Positions 19,250 through 28,818 of a DNA stretch of 64,000 nucleotides are shown piece after piece. Source of the DNA: Actinomycetota bacterium. GTDB lineage: Bacteria > Actinomycetota > CADDZG01 > JAHWKV01. The notes under the pieces were generated by a model that saw only the letters and a program-made list of their open reading frames with translations, was not told where the DNA came from and did no database searches. A program made the translations under genes and the position numbers. The stretch covers positions 118,349 through 182,348 of the forward strand of contig JAHWKU010000002.1 in NCBI GenBank assembly GCA_019347715.1, given 5' to 3'. The number at the start of each line of letters is the position of its first letter. Position 1 is the stretch's first letter.

Positions 19250-20028
19250 TGTCGATTCTCGAGACGAAGGACCTCAGCATCACCTTCGGCGGCATCTCGG
19301 CGCTGGATGAAGTATCGATCAACGTCGAGCCAGGAGAGATCGTGGGCATCCTCGGGCCGAACGGTGCAGGTAAGACGACCCTTTTTAACGTCATCAGCGG
19401 ATTCCTGAAATCCGACCAGGGCAAGGTGATTCTCGACGGGGAAGAGATCCAGAACCTGTTCCCATACGAACGTGTGGCGGCTGGACTGGCTAGAACATTT
19501 CAGCACGTCAAACTGTTTCGCAATCTGACCGTCTACGAGAACCTTCTTGTAGCGCAGCACCGTCATCTCTCCAGCGGTTCATTCGCCGCCATGCTGAGAC
19601 TCCCGAGTTGGCGCAAGGACGAAAAGCTTGCGAAAGACCTCGTCGAGAAGATGCTCGACACCATCAACCTTCGCCCGTGGAAAGATGCGAGGCCATCCGA
19701 GCTGTCGTACGGAACCACTCGTTTCCTGGAGCTCGCGTCGGTCCTTTCTCTGAAGCCGAAGATCCTGCTGCTCGACGAGCCGGCATCTGGTATCCAGCAG
19801 AGGGAGGTCGAGGCACTCGGTCCAATGCTGAAGGGCATAAGAGATGAAACCGGCTGCGCGATCGTCTTGATTGAGCACGACATGGGTCTTCTGTTCTCGG
19901 TTTCAGAACGGGTGTATGCCCTCGACTTCGGACGTCTCATCGCCGAGGGCACTCCCGATGAAGTCGCGAACGACGATCGAGTGCTCGAGAGTTATCTCGG
20001 CAGAACCCGAAGGGATAGCGTTGCTTAG
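19246..20028 (+). CDS. ABC transporter ATP-binding protein (LivG-like)
   Basis: Walker A GPNGAGKTT, LivG-type C-terminal extension, signature LSYGTTRFLELA, Walker B LLLDEPASG. Confidence 0.85.
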   Translation: MMSILETKDLSITFGGISALDEVSINVEPGEIVGILGPNGAGKTTLFNVISGFLKSDQGKVILDGEEIQNLFPYERVAAGLARTFQHVKLFRNLTVYENLLVAQHRHLSSGSFAAMLRLPSWRKDEKLAKDLVEKMLDTINLRPWKDARPSELSYGTTRFLELASVLSLKPKILLLDEPASGIQQREVEALGPMLKGIRDETGCAIVLIEHDMGLLFSVSERVYALDFGRLIAEGTPDEVANDDRVLESYLGRTRRDSVA

Positions 20029-20752
20029 ATTAGAAGGCATACATGCTTTCTACGGGCCGGTGCACGTCCTGTTCGGTACGAACCTCGAGGTTGGCGACGG
20101 AGAGATCGTCGCACTGCTTGGGACCAACGGTGCTGGGAAGACCACGATCCTTCGAGTCATCTCCGGCCTCCTCCCTCCAGCAGAGGGAGACGTCATCTGG
20201 GAGGGGGAGTCGATCCGAGGCCTCCGTCCGGCAGACATATTGAAGAAGGGCATCGTGCAGATGCCAGGGGGCCGGGGGGTTTTCCCGGGAATGACCGTTG
20301 AAGAGAACCTGCAAATGGCTGGGTTTCTCTACGGCAGGGACAAGAAGACCAGAAACGAGATGATCGATCGCGTTTTCGGCTACTTCCCGATCCTTGCCGA
20401 TCGTCGCAAGCAGGTTGCGGGAAGCATGTCGGGGGGACAGCAGCAGCAATTGACGCTGGCGAAGAGCTTCGTCCTCAACCCCAAACTTCTTCTTATCGAC
20501 GAGCTGTCGCTCGGCCTTGCTCCGATAATCGTCGAACAGCTCCTCGAGATCATCAGACGCTTCAATGAAGAGGGAGTGGCAGTCGTGATCGTCGAGCAGC
20601 ACGTCGACCTTGCCCTGGACGTCTCATCGCGTGCTTACTTCATTGAACGGGGAGAGATCCGTTTTTCCGGGCCCGCCGAGGACCTCCGGGGCCGAAACGA
20701 CTTGCTGCGCTCCGTCTTCCTATCGGGGGCCGGAGCAGCCACCGAGGGCTAG
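20021..20752 (+). CDS. ABC transporter ATP-binding protein (LivF-like)
   Basis: TTG start at 20021 (LLRLEGIHAFYGPVHVLFG). Walker A GTNGAGKTT, signature MSGGQQQQLTLAKS. Confidence 0.8.
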   Translation: MLRLEGIHAFYGPVHVLFGTNLEVGDGEIVALLGTNGAGKTTILRVISGLLPPAEGDVIWEGESIRGLRPADILKKGIVQMPGGRGVFPGMTVEENLQMAGFLYGRDKKTRNEMIDRVFGYFPILADRRKQVAGSMSGGQQQQLTLAKSFVLNPKLLLIDELSLGLAPIIVEQLLEIIRRFNEEGVAVVIVEQHVDLALDVSSRAYFIERGEIRFSGPAEDLRGRNDLLRSVFLSGAGAATEG

Positions 20753-22053
20753 GTCTTCAGAGAGTTGGTCTTGGCGATTGAGCCGTACCAGGAGAGGCTT
20801 GGTTTCGGGGTTCTTTCGAACGTCTCTCCGTCGCATGCGATAAGGCCAAACTTCGGGCGGTAGCCCTCGTTCCACTCGAAATTGTCGAGATAGCTCCAGT
20901 AGTAATAACCTCGAACGTCTCGGCCCCGTCCGATTGCTTTGTGGACCTCTTCGAGGTGAAGGCCGACGTATTCGATCCTCTCTTCATCGTCTTCGGTGGC
21001 GATGCCGTTTTCGGTGATGATCATAGGAAGGCCGACTTCCGACACCTCGTCGATCACGGTCCCCAGCCCTTCGGGGTGCCACACCCATCCCATCTGGGTC
21101 GTCCGGTCTTCCTCGGCGGCCCCCCGCCGCAGCGTTCCGGGCCCCAAATCTGCAGGGCCAGACTCCGGGCCTGTATCTCGAGCAGCGGCTTGGGGGAGGG
21201 CGGATGGATCCGCTACGAACTTCGTGTAGTACTGAATGCCGACGAAATCGTCGGTCCCTCCGATCTGCGGCACTTCCTCATCGGGGACCATTAGCCCCGT
21301 GATGCGCCCGTCTCGAAGCGCCGCGTAATAGACGCCCGCCATCGAGTAGTGAGTGAAGTCGCGAAACGACTTCGCCTCATCACTTTCGTCGACAGGAACG
21401 AAGTCGTTGATCGAAAGCGTGATGCCGACTTTAGCTTCACATGTATCGCGGAGCGCCTCGATCGCCGCGGCGTGTCCCTTGATGAGGTTGGCAGTTGCTT
21501 TCTGGGCTCCGTCGATTGTCGTCTTGCGTGGCGGGAAATAGCCGAGGGCGTATCCCATCACCGCTACGATCTGCGGCTCGTTGATTGTGCAGACGTACTC
21601 GAACAGATCGCCGAACATTTCTCCGCACCGCCGGGCGTAGCGTCCGAAAGCTTCGGAAGATTCATCGAGCTCCCACCCGCCTTCTTTGGCGAGCCACAGA
21701 GGGCTGGTGAAGTGGTGCAGGGTGACGGAAGTCGTGAGCCCCCGGTCACGGGCTGACCCGATCACGTCACGGTAGTGGTCGATCTCCTTGGTCGAAAATT
21801 CGCCGGGGGAGGGCTCGATGCGAGACCACTCGATCGAAAACCGGACGCTGTTCTGGCCTGAATCCGCGATGAGCTTCCAGTCCTCTTCGAAGTGCTCGTA
21901 CGAGTTACATGCGCGGCCGCTGGGTTCGACCGCCGGCGTTTCGTCAGCGTGCTCGTGCTCCCACCAGTCGCAGTTGGTGTTGTCGCCTTCCGTCTGATGA
22001 GCGGCCCCGGCCGAGCCCCAGAGAAACTCCTGTGGGAATTGGAGTTCTGCCAG
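20749..22053 (-). CDS. Glycoside hydrolase family 1 (beta-glucosidase-like); N-terminal ~100 codons lack a canonical start
   Basis: Acid/base TINEP and nucleophile ITENG present. The frame stays open upstream of the ORF-track GTG (21765) and encodes the GH1 N-terminus LAELQFPQEFLWGSAGAAHQTEGDN..., with no in-frame ATG/GTG/TTG after the stop. CTG at 22051-22053 (complement) is preceded by GGAGGTG. The N-terminal boundary is uncertain. Confidence 0.6.
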   Translation of the reverse strand: MAELQFPQEFLWGSAGAAHQTEGDNTNCDWWEHEHADETPAVEPSGRACNSYEHFEEDWKLIADSGQNSVRFSIEWSRIEPSPGEFSTKEIDHYRDVIGSARDRGLTTSVTLHHFTSPLWLAKEGGWELDESSEAFGRYARRCGEMFGDLFEYVCTINEPQIVAVMGYALGYFPPRKTTIDGAQKATANLIKGHAAAIEALRDTCEAKVGITLSINDFVPVDESDEAKSFRDFTHYSMAGVYYAALRDGRITGLMVPDEEVPQIGGTDDFVGIQYYTKFVADPSALPQAAARDTGPESGPADLGPGTLRRGAAEEDRTTQMGWVWHPEGLGTVIDEVSEVGLPMIITENGIATEDDEERIEYVGLHLEEVHKAIGRGRDVRGYYYWSYLDNFEWNEGYRPKFGLIACDGETFERTPKPSLSWYGSIAKTNSLKT

Positions 22054-22104
22054 GGTGCACCTCCAGCCAAGTCGTCGGGATCGAGAGCGGCTAACCTACA
22101 ACCT

Positions 22105-22335
22105 ATGTGCAGAAGCATAAAGACCCTTAGAGAGGGAGCTATCCTTGCCACCGACGAGGAGATCGAGGCGGCCGCGCTTCAGTTTGTCCGCAAGATCAGT
22201 GGTTTTCGTCAGCCTTCCAAGGCCAATGACGAAGTTTTCCGTGAGGCGGTGGCCGAGATAGCCGTGTCCTCTAAGCGCCTGCTCGAGTCCCTGGTGGTTC
22301 GGAACGCGACCGCGACTCACTCGCTGCCCACGTAA
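22105..22335 (+). CDS. DUF2277 domain protein
   Basis: Start refined to ATG 22105. MCRSIKTLREGAILATDEEIEAAALQFVRKISGFRQPSKANDEVFREAV matches the conserved MCRNIKTL... small-protein family. Confidence 0.65.
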   Translation: MCRSIKTLREGAILATDEEIEAAALQFVRKISGFRQPSKANDEVFREAVAEIAVSSKRLLESLVVRNATATHSLPT

Positions 22336-23548
22336 AGATTCCCTTAGACATCGTGGAGGCCTCGGCTCCTGCGCGTCTCTCGTAGATCGAGGCTCTGACG
22401 CGGTGAAGGTCGGGGTTATCGGGCGCGACCAGAATCCCGAACTCGATCAGCTCGCACGCGACGTCCAGGCGGCCCTCCTTTGCCAGGGAGGCCGCCCTCG
22501 AGATGATCTTCTCCAGGCCCCCGGACAACGACACGATCTCGGTTGCCAGATCGCGGCGCGCGGCGGGTTTTAAACGCGATGGATCACCTTCGTACCAGCC
22601 CCCGTATAGCCGCCAGATGTTGCGAACGATGAATCCCGGCTCATCGTAGATCGGTCTTAGATAAGGGCGGTCGGCAAGATGGGCGGGAGGGATGACCGAG
22701 CGGACGATCTCCTCCAACGAAGCACCCGAGTTCATCATCTCGAGCGTCTGCTCGACCAGTGATTCCAGGAACTCCGCCGTTTCGTCGAGCGTCTGACGGA
22801 TTCGATCCCTCCCGATCACGGGAAGGCCGTGCCCGGGAAGCATCACTTCGGCCCCGAGCTTGGCCATTTCTCGCAATGCCTGGGACCACTCATGCGCGTA
22901 TCGCTGAACCTTCTGAGGATTCCCTGCATTCGGTGCGGTCCAGATGAAGAGGTCGCCGGTCAGCAGGATCTTGCTATCCGGCACCCAGGTCCAGGTATGG
23001 TCGTCGGTCTCGCCTCTAGCATGGTGCAGCTTTAGTTGGAGACCCCCGTCACTCGTCGTCATGGTCCCGTCGTAAGTTTCATCCGGGTACCGGTAGTCGG
23101 TCGGCCATCTCAATCCTGGGACTTGGAACTGACGCTGATTGATGACGGCGTTGTAACCGGCCGTGAGCCGGTATCGATCGAATCGACGGCCGACGTTTTC
23201 ATGGGCGATCACCTTGAGAGGGCCTTCTTCCTCGAACAGAGCGGCTCCCGAAACGTGGTCGATGTGCCCGTGGGTATAGAGGATCCTGCGAACGGGAGCT
23301 TTCGACCAGGTGCGGATACTGTCCCTAATCATCCTGGCCGTGAATGGGCTCCCGGTATCGACAAGAGTGAGACCGTCGTCGGCTGAAAGCGCTACGGAAT
23401 TGCCGAACGAGGCGACGAATGCGGCTCGAGGGGCTACCTCAACCAAGTCGGCCCCCATCGAGAACGGATGATGATCTTCGATGGAGGCCTCGCCGCGCCA
23501 GAGTCGGTCGGCAAGGTCGATCAAATCGGTCACGACCGGATTATCCAC
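22271..23548 (-). CDS. MBL-fold metallo-hydrolase, alkyl/aryl-sulfatase-like
   Basis: 425 aa with metallo-beta-lactamase motifs (THGHIDH, D, H) and a C-terminal dimerisation/SCP2-like region typical of the SdsA1 family. Its 3' end overlaps the convergent DUF2277 gene by about 65 nt. Confidence 0.6.
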   Translation of the reverse strand: MDNPVVTDLIDLADRLWRGEASIEDHHPFSMGADLVEVAPRAAFVASFGNSVALSADDGLTLVDTGSPFTARMIRDSIRTWSKAPVRRILYTHGHIDHVSGAALFEEEGPLKVIAHENVGRRFDRYRLTAGYNAVINQRQFQVPGLRWPTDYRYPDETYDGTMTTSDGGLQLKLHHARGETDDHTWTWVPDSKILLTGDLFIWTAPNAGNPQKVQRYAHEWSQALREMAKLGAEVMLPGHGLPVIGRDRIRQTLDETAEFLESLVEQTLEMMNSGASLEEIVRSVIPPAHLADRPYLRPIYDEPGFIVRNIWRLYGGWYEGDPSRLKPAARRDLATEIVSLSGGLEKIISRAASLAKEGRLDVACELIEFGILVAPDNPDLHRVRASIYERRAGAEASTMSKGIFTWAASESRSRSEPPGTRAGA

Positions 23549-23613
23549 CCGCGTAAGGAATATAGACTCCCGCCTGACATGGTGAGGGCCGGCCGAGACC
23601 CCCGGAGCATGGC

Positions 23614-25782
23614 GTGCAATTCCTGAAGGATCTCATCGACCGCGACCCGGCCACGTCGTTTTGGACCGGCCTGCTATTCCTCATGGTGGTCACGTCCGCT
23701 CTCTTCGGCTTTCCTGCACCGCTCGGCATCGTGGCTCTTGGCGGAGTGATCGGGGGGCTGATCGCGTTCATCTCTATCGGGCTGGTCCTGGTCTATCGCA
23801 CGAACCGGATCATCAACTTCGCCCACGCCGACATCGGCGCTACAACGGTCATCCTTGCCATTCTTTTGGTTAGGGAAGTCCAGATCAGCTATGTCACCGG
23901 CGTTCTGATCAGTCTTGGGTCTGCATTGCTGCTGGGCGCTCTCATTGAGAAGACGGTAGTCCGCAGGTTCTTCAAGGCTCCCCGTCTCATCCTTACCGTC
24001 GCAACGATTCTTCTCGCGCAGGTGCTCATCGGGTTTCAGGTTTTGATGCCTGCCCTTTTCCGGGCGGACATTGTTAGCCCAAACTTTCCTACTCCGTTTA
24101 CTTGGAGGTTCTCGATCCCGGACCCAACCGGCTCCACTCCCCCGGTGAACTTCGATGGCAACCACTTGCTTGCGATCATCGCGGTGCCGGTCGTGGTGAT
24201 CGCACTCACGCTGTTTCTCAGAAACACCTCGGTAGGAAAGGCGGCCAGGGCAGTTGCAGACAATGCAGAACGAGCGTCACTTCTCGGGATCCCAGTCCGC
24301 AGAGTCTCAACGGTTGTATGGATTGTGGCAGCTGGACTGTCGGCTCTCGGTGCCCTGCTGCGTGCTCCCACAGTCGGTCTCTCGGTAACGGGAGGGGCCT
24401 TCGGCGCATCGCTCTTAGTGAGAGCACTCGCTCCCGCCGTGGTAGCCCGGATGGAGAACCTCAGGACGACCTTCGTGGCTGCTGTGGTCCTTGGGATCAT
24501 CGATCAGGCCGCTTTTTATCGCACGCTCGACGAGTCGGTCAGCAATACCATCCTGTTCGTGATCATCCTTGGCGCTCTTCTACTTCAGAGGCGGGGGTTG
24601 GTTACGAGGGCAGACGAAGTCGAAGCTGGGACCTGGCAATCGGTAAAGGAGATCCGACCGGTTCCCAAGGAACTGAAAAGTGTTCCCGAGGTGAGGTATG
24701 GACTCCCTGCGCTGGTTCTGGGGGCGTTGGCGGCATTAGTCATCTACGGTTTGTTCGCCACCAACTTTCGACTCGAAGGACTCACGCTGATCATGATCTA
24801 CGGGATCATCGGGATCTCTCTCGTGATCCTCACCGGGTGGGCCGGACAGGTTTCGCTTGGGCAGATCGGTTTCGTAGCGGTCGGTGGGGCGATATGCGGG
24901 AGACTCGTGCTCGACAACGAGATGAATCTTCTGCTTGCGCTGCCGATCGCGGGCCTCGTGGGCGCGGTAGTGGCGATAGCGATCGGACTGCCGGCCCTTC
25001 GGATAAGAGGGTTGTTCCTAGCAGTTTCGACCGTGGCCTTCGCGCTGTTCATCGCGACCATGGGCCTCAGCCCGGAGTACTTCGGGTGGATGCTTCCTTC
25101 CGGCAGGATCCCGCGCCCCAGCGTCTTTGGAGTTCAACTCACTTCGAAGCCGCTCTTTTACTTCGTGCTCGTCGTATTGATCCTGGTGATGGCGTCGGTA
25201 CGAAGCCTGAGAAAGAGCCGTACCGGGAGAGTTTTGATCGGAGCTCGGGACAACGAAAGGGCGGTCCGCACCTTCGGCGTAAACGTGACCTGGGCGCGAC
25301 TCACTTCGTTTGCCCTCTCCGGGTTTTACGCCGCGATCGCAGGGGGGCTTTTTGCCATCCACCAAAATGACGTTACCCCGAGCGCCTTCACGGTGCAGAA
25401 AGGTCTCGAGATCTTTGTGATGGTGGTCATCGGCGGGCTGGGATCGGTTCCCGGCGTCCTTCTCGGGGCCACCTTTTACGGCGCGAGCCAGCTGTTCTTT
25501 ACCTCCGTCGTGGCAAGATTGGCCAACGGCTTTTTGGGGCTCACACTTTTGATGATCATCCCAGGAGGTTTGGGACAAGTTCTGTTCGGATGGCGCGACG
25601 CTGTATTGAGGTTCATCGCGAAGCGTAAAGGCGTGATCGTGCCCAGCCTCGTCGCGGACGTACGGGTGGAGGAATCGGTGCTTCTTCCCGGCGCGCGGCG
25701 CTCGGAGACCGAAGAACCCGATTCTATAGAAGTGATCGAGGAGGAGGCTCTCGCGGAGTCCCCGGCTGGAGGTGAGGGATGA
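23614..25782 (+). CDS. Fused branched-chain amino-acid ABC permease (LivH-like + LivM-like domains)
   Basis: 722 aa with two permease modules in one polypeptide. Stop overlaps the ATG of the next gene. Confidence 0.8.
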   Translation: MQFLKDLIDRDPATSFWTGLLFLMVVTSALFGFPAPLGIVALGGVIGGLIAFISIGLVLVYRTNRIINFAHADIGATTVILAILLVREVQISYVTGVLISLGSALLLGALIEKTVVRRFFKAPRLILTVATILLAQVLIGFQVLMPALFRADIVSPNFPTPFTWRFSIPDPTGSTPPVNFDGNHLLAIIAVPVVVIALTLFLRNTSVGKAARAVADNAERASLLGIPVRRVSTVVWIVAAGLSALGALLRAPTVGLSVTGGAFGASLLVRALAPAVVARMENLRTTFVAAVVLGIIDQAAFYRTLDESVSNTILFVIILGALLLQRRGLVTRADEVEAGTWQSVKEIRPVPKELKSVPEVRYGLPALVLGALAALVIYGLFATNFRLEGLTLIMIYGIIGISLVILTGWAGQVSLGQIGFVAVGGAICGRLVLDNEMNLLLALPIAGLVGAVVAIAIGLPALRIRGLFLAVSTVAFALFIATMGLSPEYFGWMLPSGRIPRPSVFGVQLTSKPLFYFVLVVLILVMASVRSLRKSRTGRVLIGARDNERAVRTFGVNVTWARLTSFALSGFYAAIAGGLFAIHQNDVTPSAFTVQKGLEIFVMVVIGGLGSVPGVLLGATFYGASQLFFTSVVARLANGFLGLTLLMIIPGGLGQVLFGWRDAVLRFIAKRKGVIVPSLVADVRVEESVLLPGARRSETEEPDSIEVIEEEALAESPAGGEG

Positions 25783-28700
25783 GCCGAGTTCGTGGATTCG
25801 TAGAGAAGCGCTGGCCGTTCATGGAGGGCCGGGAGATCTTCCCTCTTGGCCTTCTGTTGATCCTGAACGCGGTCGACGAGTTCGATGTCTCCGCATTCAA
25901 CACCCTTGCACCCGAGATCCGCGATGCCTTCAACCTAAGCAATACGCAGTACGGAGTCATAGCCGCGCTGACGACAGTCCTGGTCCTTCTGAGTGGTCTT
26001 CCGATTGGGTTTATTGGAGACCGGCTGCCCAGGGTCAAGTTGGTCGCGGTCGCCGCGGTTCTGTGGGCAAGCATGTCGATCCTCACCGGACTCGCTCCCG
26101 TGATCTGGGTACTCATAATCGCCCGACTCGGAAGCGGTTTCGGACGGGTTGCCAACGAAGCCATCCATACGAGCCTGCTGACCGACTACTATCCGCAGCA
26201 CATCCAGGGTCGGGTCTTTGGCGTCCACCGTCTGGGAAACCCCGCGGGCAGAGTGATTGGCTCGTTCGCGGCGGGCGCCATCGCCGCGCCGTGGCTATTC
26301 GGAGATTGGAGATGGGCGTTCTTCATCGTCTCCATCCCAACCTTTCTCATAGCGGGATTTGCCCTCAAGCTAAGAGAGCCCGTCCGGGGGGAGGCCGAGG
26401 ACTATGACCTGGCCGCGGAGGCTGCCAAAGAATCGTCCATCCCATTTTCTCGCGGGTGGAGATGGCTCTTTTCGGTACCGAGTCTCAAGCGTTTTTACAT
26501 CTCGGCTTTCTTTGGAGGAGGAGTCATCTTCGCCCTCTCTGCGTTCCTGGCCTTGTTCTTCGAGGACGAGTTCGGGGTCAGTGAGTTCGGCCGGGGTTTG
26601 ATCAACGCCGGAAATGGAGCGGCCCAGTTCGCCGGCACGCTGATCGGCGGAATAGTTGCCGATCGGATGCGCCGAGTGGGCCTCGGCAAGATCGCTTTCG
26701 TGGCAGGGCTGGCAGTGGCCGGGATCGGAGTCGGCGTCGTGTTGATCGGGGCCTCTCCGGTTTTGCTTGTCGGGCTGATGGGGAGCTTCGTCGCGTGGTT
26801 CTCGATAGGGTTCTGGACCCCAACCCATACTTCGGTGTTCGTGATCGTCCTGCCTGCGCGTATCCGGAGCCTCGGCATCGGCATCGGGGTGATGTTCTTT
26901 GGAGTGGGCGGATTCGTTTTCACGATTTGGGCCGGTGCCATCAGTGATGCATCGGGAATCCGGGCCGCCATAGCGACACTCGCCCCCGGCATGTTCGTGG
27001 CGGCTGGGGTCTATCTCGCTGCCGCTCGCCACGTGAATGCCGACGGACAAAGAGCGCTAACGGCTTTGGCTCTCGAAGTCGAACTGAGGCAGGAGCGGCT
27101 GACCGCAGGGCAGCAGGCGATGCTGGTGTGTCGTGGGGTGGACGTTGCCTACGAAGGGGTGCAGGTTCTGTTCGGCGTCGATTTCCAGGTGGAACAGGGG
27201 GAGATCGTCGCGCTTCTGGGAACGAACGGCGCCGGCAAATCCACATTGCTGAAGGCCATCTCAGGAGTGGTCCAGCCAATCGGGGGGGCGGTTTTCTTCG
27301 AGGGAGAAAACATCACGTACTACGACGCCCCCGAGGCGGCAAGGGCCGGAATCTCCCAGGTCCCCGGGGGCCGCGGGGTCTTCCCCTCTCTCACTGTGAA
27401 AGAGAACATCGAGCTCGCTTCCTGGATGTTCCGGAAGGACAAGGAGTTCGTGAAGAGCAGTGTCGATGAAGTCCTGGACATATTCCCGATCCTTAGAGAG
27501 CGCTGGGATACGAAAGCCGGCAACCTCTCAGGGGGAGAGCAGCAGATGCTCACTCTCGCCCAGGCCTTCATTGCCAGACCGAAGCTGATAATGATCGATG
27601 AGCTGTCCCTCGGATTGGCACCGAAGCTGGTGGATCAACTGCTGGAGTCGGTGAAGGCCATGCATGCCCGCGGGATGACCATCATCTTGGTGGAGCAATC
27701 TGTGAACATCGCTCTGACGGTTGCCCAGAGAGCTTATTTCATGGAGAAAGGCGAGATTCGCTTCAGTGGGCCTGCCGCTGAGCTTCTGGGCAGAACCGAT
27801 TTGATCCGGTCGGTGTTCCTCGAGGGGGCGGGACGAGACGGAGCGGGCAAACGCACCACAATCAAGGAGAGGAAAACAGCCTCCGTCGATCCATCCGAAG
27901 AGATGGCCCTCACGACCGTTGGATTGTCGGCTTCTTACGGGGGTATCCGCGCTCTCGACGAGGTGAGCCTCAATCTGAAGAGCGGTCATATCCTCGGAGT
28001 GATCGGTCCCAATGGAGCCGGAAAGACCACTCTCTTCGACGTCATATCTGGTTTCCTCAAGCCAGACTCCGGACGCATCTTATTGATGGGAGATGACATC
28101 ACCGAACTCTCGGCAGACGAGCGCGCCAGGAGGGGTCTCGGTCGTTCCTTCCAAGATGCGAGGCTTTTCCCATCTCTCACGGTGTCGGATAACATCGCCC
28201 TCGCCCTCGAACGCCACCTTGATGTTAAGGAGCCGGTAGCAGCTGCCCTAGGACTCCCCGCCGTTAGAAGCTCGGAGAGAAAAGCATCGGGAAAGGTCGA
28301 AGAACTGATCGAACGGATGGGGCTCGAGGCATTCCGGGACAAGTTCGTTCACGAACTCTCCACCGGGAGCCGGCGGATCGTCGACCTTGCCTGTTCGCTC
28401 GCCCATGAACCGAAAGTGCTCATCCTGGATGAACCATCATCTGGGATCGCCCAGGCCGAGACCGATGCCCTCGCCCCTCTGCTGTTGAGGGTTAAGGATG
28501 AGCTCGGATGCAGTCTTCTGGTGATCGAGCATGACATCCCCCTGGTCTCATCCGTTGCCGACGAGCTGATGGCATTGGATCTGGGGCGAGTGATCTCCAG
28601 GGGATCCCCTTCTGAGGTGGTAAATGACCCCAGAGTGGTGACTGCGTATCTGGGCACCAAGGAAGAGGTCATCGCTCGATCCGGGGGCCTGAAGAAAAAA

Positions 28701-28805
28701 GCGGACAAGAGGGCCCCGAGGAAAAAGCCCTCAGGGCGTGTCAAGAAACCGACAAATACCAAAAAGCGCAGAGTGGAGGACAATAGCCACCGGCGGCGAA
28801 CCTAA
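25779..28805 (+). CDS. Tripartite fusion: MFS transporter domain + LivF-like ABC ATPase + LivG-like ABC ATPase, with Lys-rich C-terminal tail
   Basis: 1008 aa. Residues 1-~420 show 12 TM helices with an MFS-like pattern. Then GEIVALLGTNGAGKSTLL..LSGGEQQMLTLAQ (LivF-like). Then GHILGVIGPNGAGKTTLF..LSTGSRRIVDLACS (LivG-like). C-terminus KKKADKRAPRKKPSGRVKKPTNTKKRR. Confidence 0.75.
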   Translation: MSRVRGFVEKRWPFMEGREIFPLGLLLILNAVDEFDVSAFNTLAPEIRDAFNLSNTQYGVIAALTTVLVLLSGLPIGFIGDRLPRVKLVAVAAVLWASMSILTGLAPVIWVLIIARLGSGFGRVANEAIHTSLLTDYYPQHIQGRVFGVHRLGNPAGRVIGSFAAGAIAAPWLFGDWRWAFFIVSIPTFLIAGFALKLREPVRGEAEDYDLAAEAAKESSIPFSRGWRWLFSVPSLKRFYISAFFGGGVIFALSAFLALFFEDEFGVSEFGRGLINAGNGAAQFAGTLIGGIVADRMRRVGLGKIAFVAGLAVAGIGVGVVLIGASPVLLVGLMGSFVAWFSIGFWTPTHTSVFVIVLPARIRSLGIGIGVMFFGVGGFVFTIWAGAISDASGIRAAIATLAPGMFVAAGVYLAAARHVNADGQRALTALALEVELRQERLTAGQQAMLVCRGVDVAYEGVQVLFGVDFQVEQGEIVALLGTNGAGKSTLLKAISGVVQPIGGAVFFEGENITYYDAPEAARAGISQVPGGRGVFPSLTVKENIELASWMFRKDKEFVKSSVDEVLDIFPILRERWDTKAGNLSGGEQQMLTLAQAFIARPKLIMIDELSLGLAPKLVDQLLESVKAMHARGMTIILVEQSVNIALTVAQRAYFMEKGEIRFSGPAAELLGRTDLIRSVFLEGAGRDGAGKRTTIKERKTASVDPSEEMALTTVGLSASYGGIRALDEVSLNLKSGHILGVIGPNGAGKTTLFDVISGFLKPDSGRILLMGDDITELSADERARRGLGRSFQDARLFPSLTVSDNIALALERHLDVKEPVAAALGLPAVRSSERKASGKVEELIERMGLEAFRDKFVHELSTGSRRIVDLACSLAHEPKVLILDEPSSGIAQAETDALAPLLLRVKDELGCSLLVIEHDIPLVSSVADELMALDLGRVISRGSPSEVVNDPRVVTAYLGTKEEVIARSGGLKKKADKRAPRKKPSGRVKKPTNTKKRRVEDNSHRRRT

Positions 28806-28818
28806 GGGAGGGTGACCT

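Noticed and set aside
24102-25578. 422-aa plus-strand and 186-aa minus-strand ORFs inside the fused LivHM permease gene
   Set aside because: Alternative-frame artefacts rich in Arg/Gly/Pro. The permease frame has clear family similarity.
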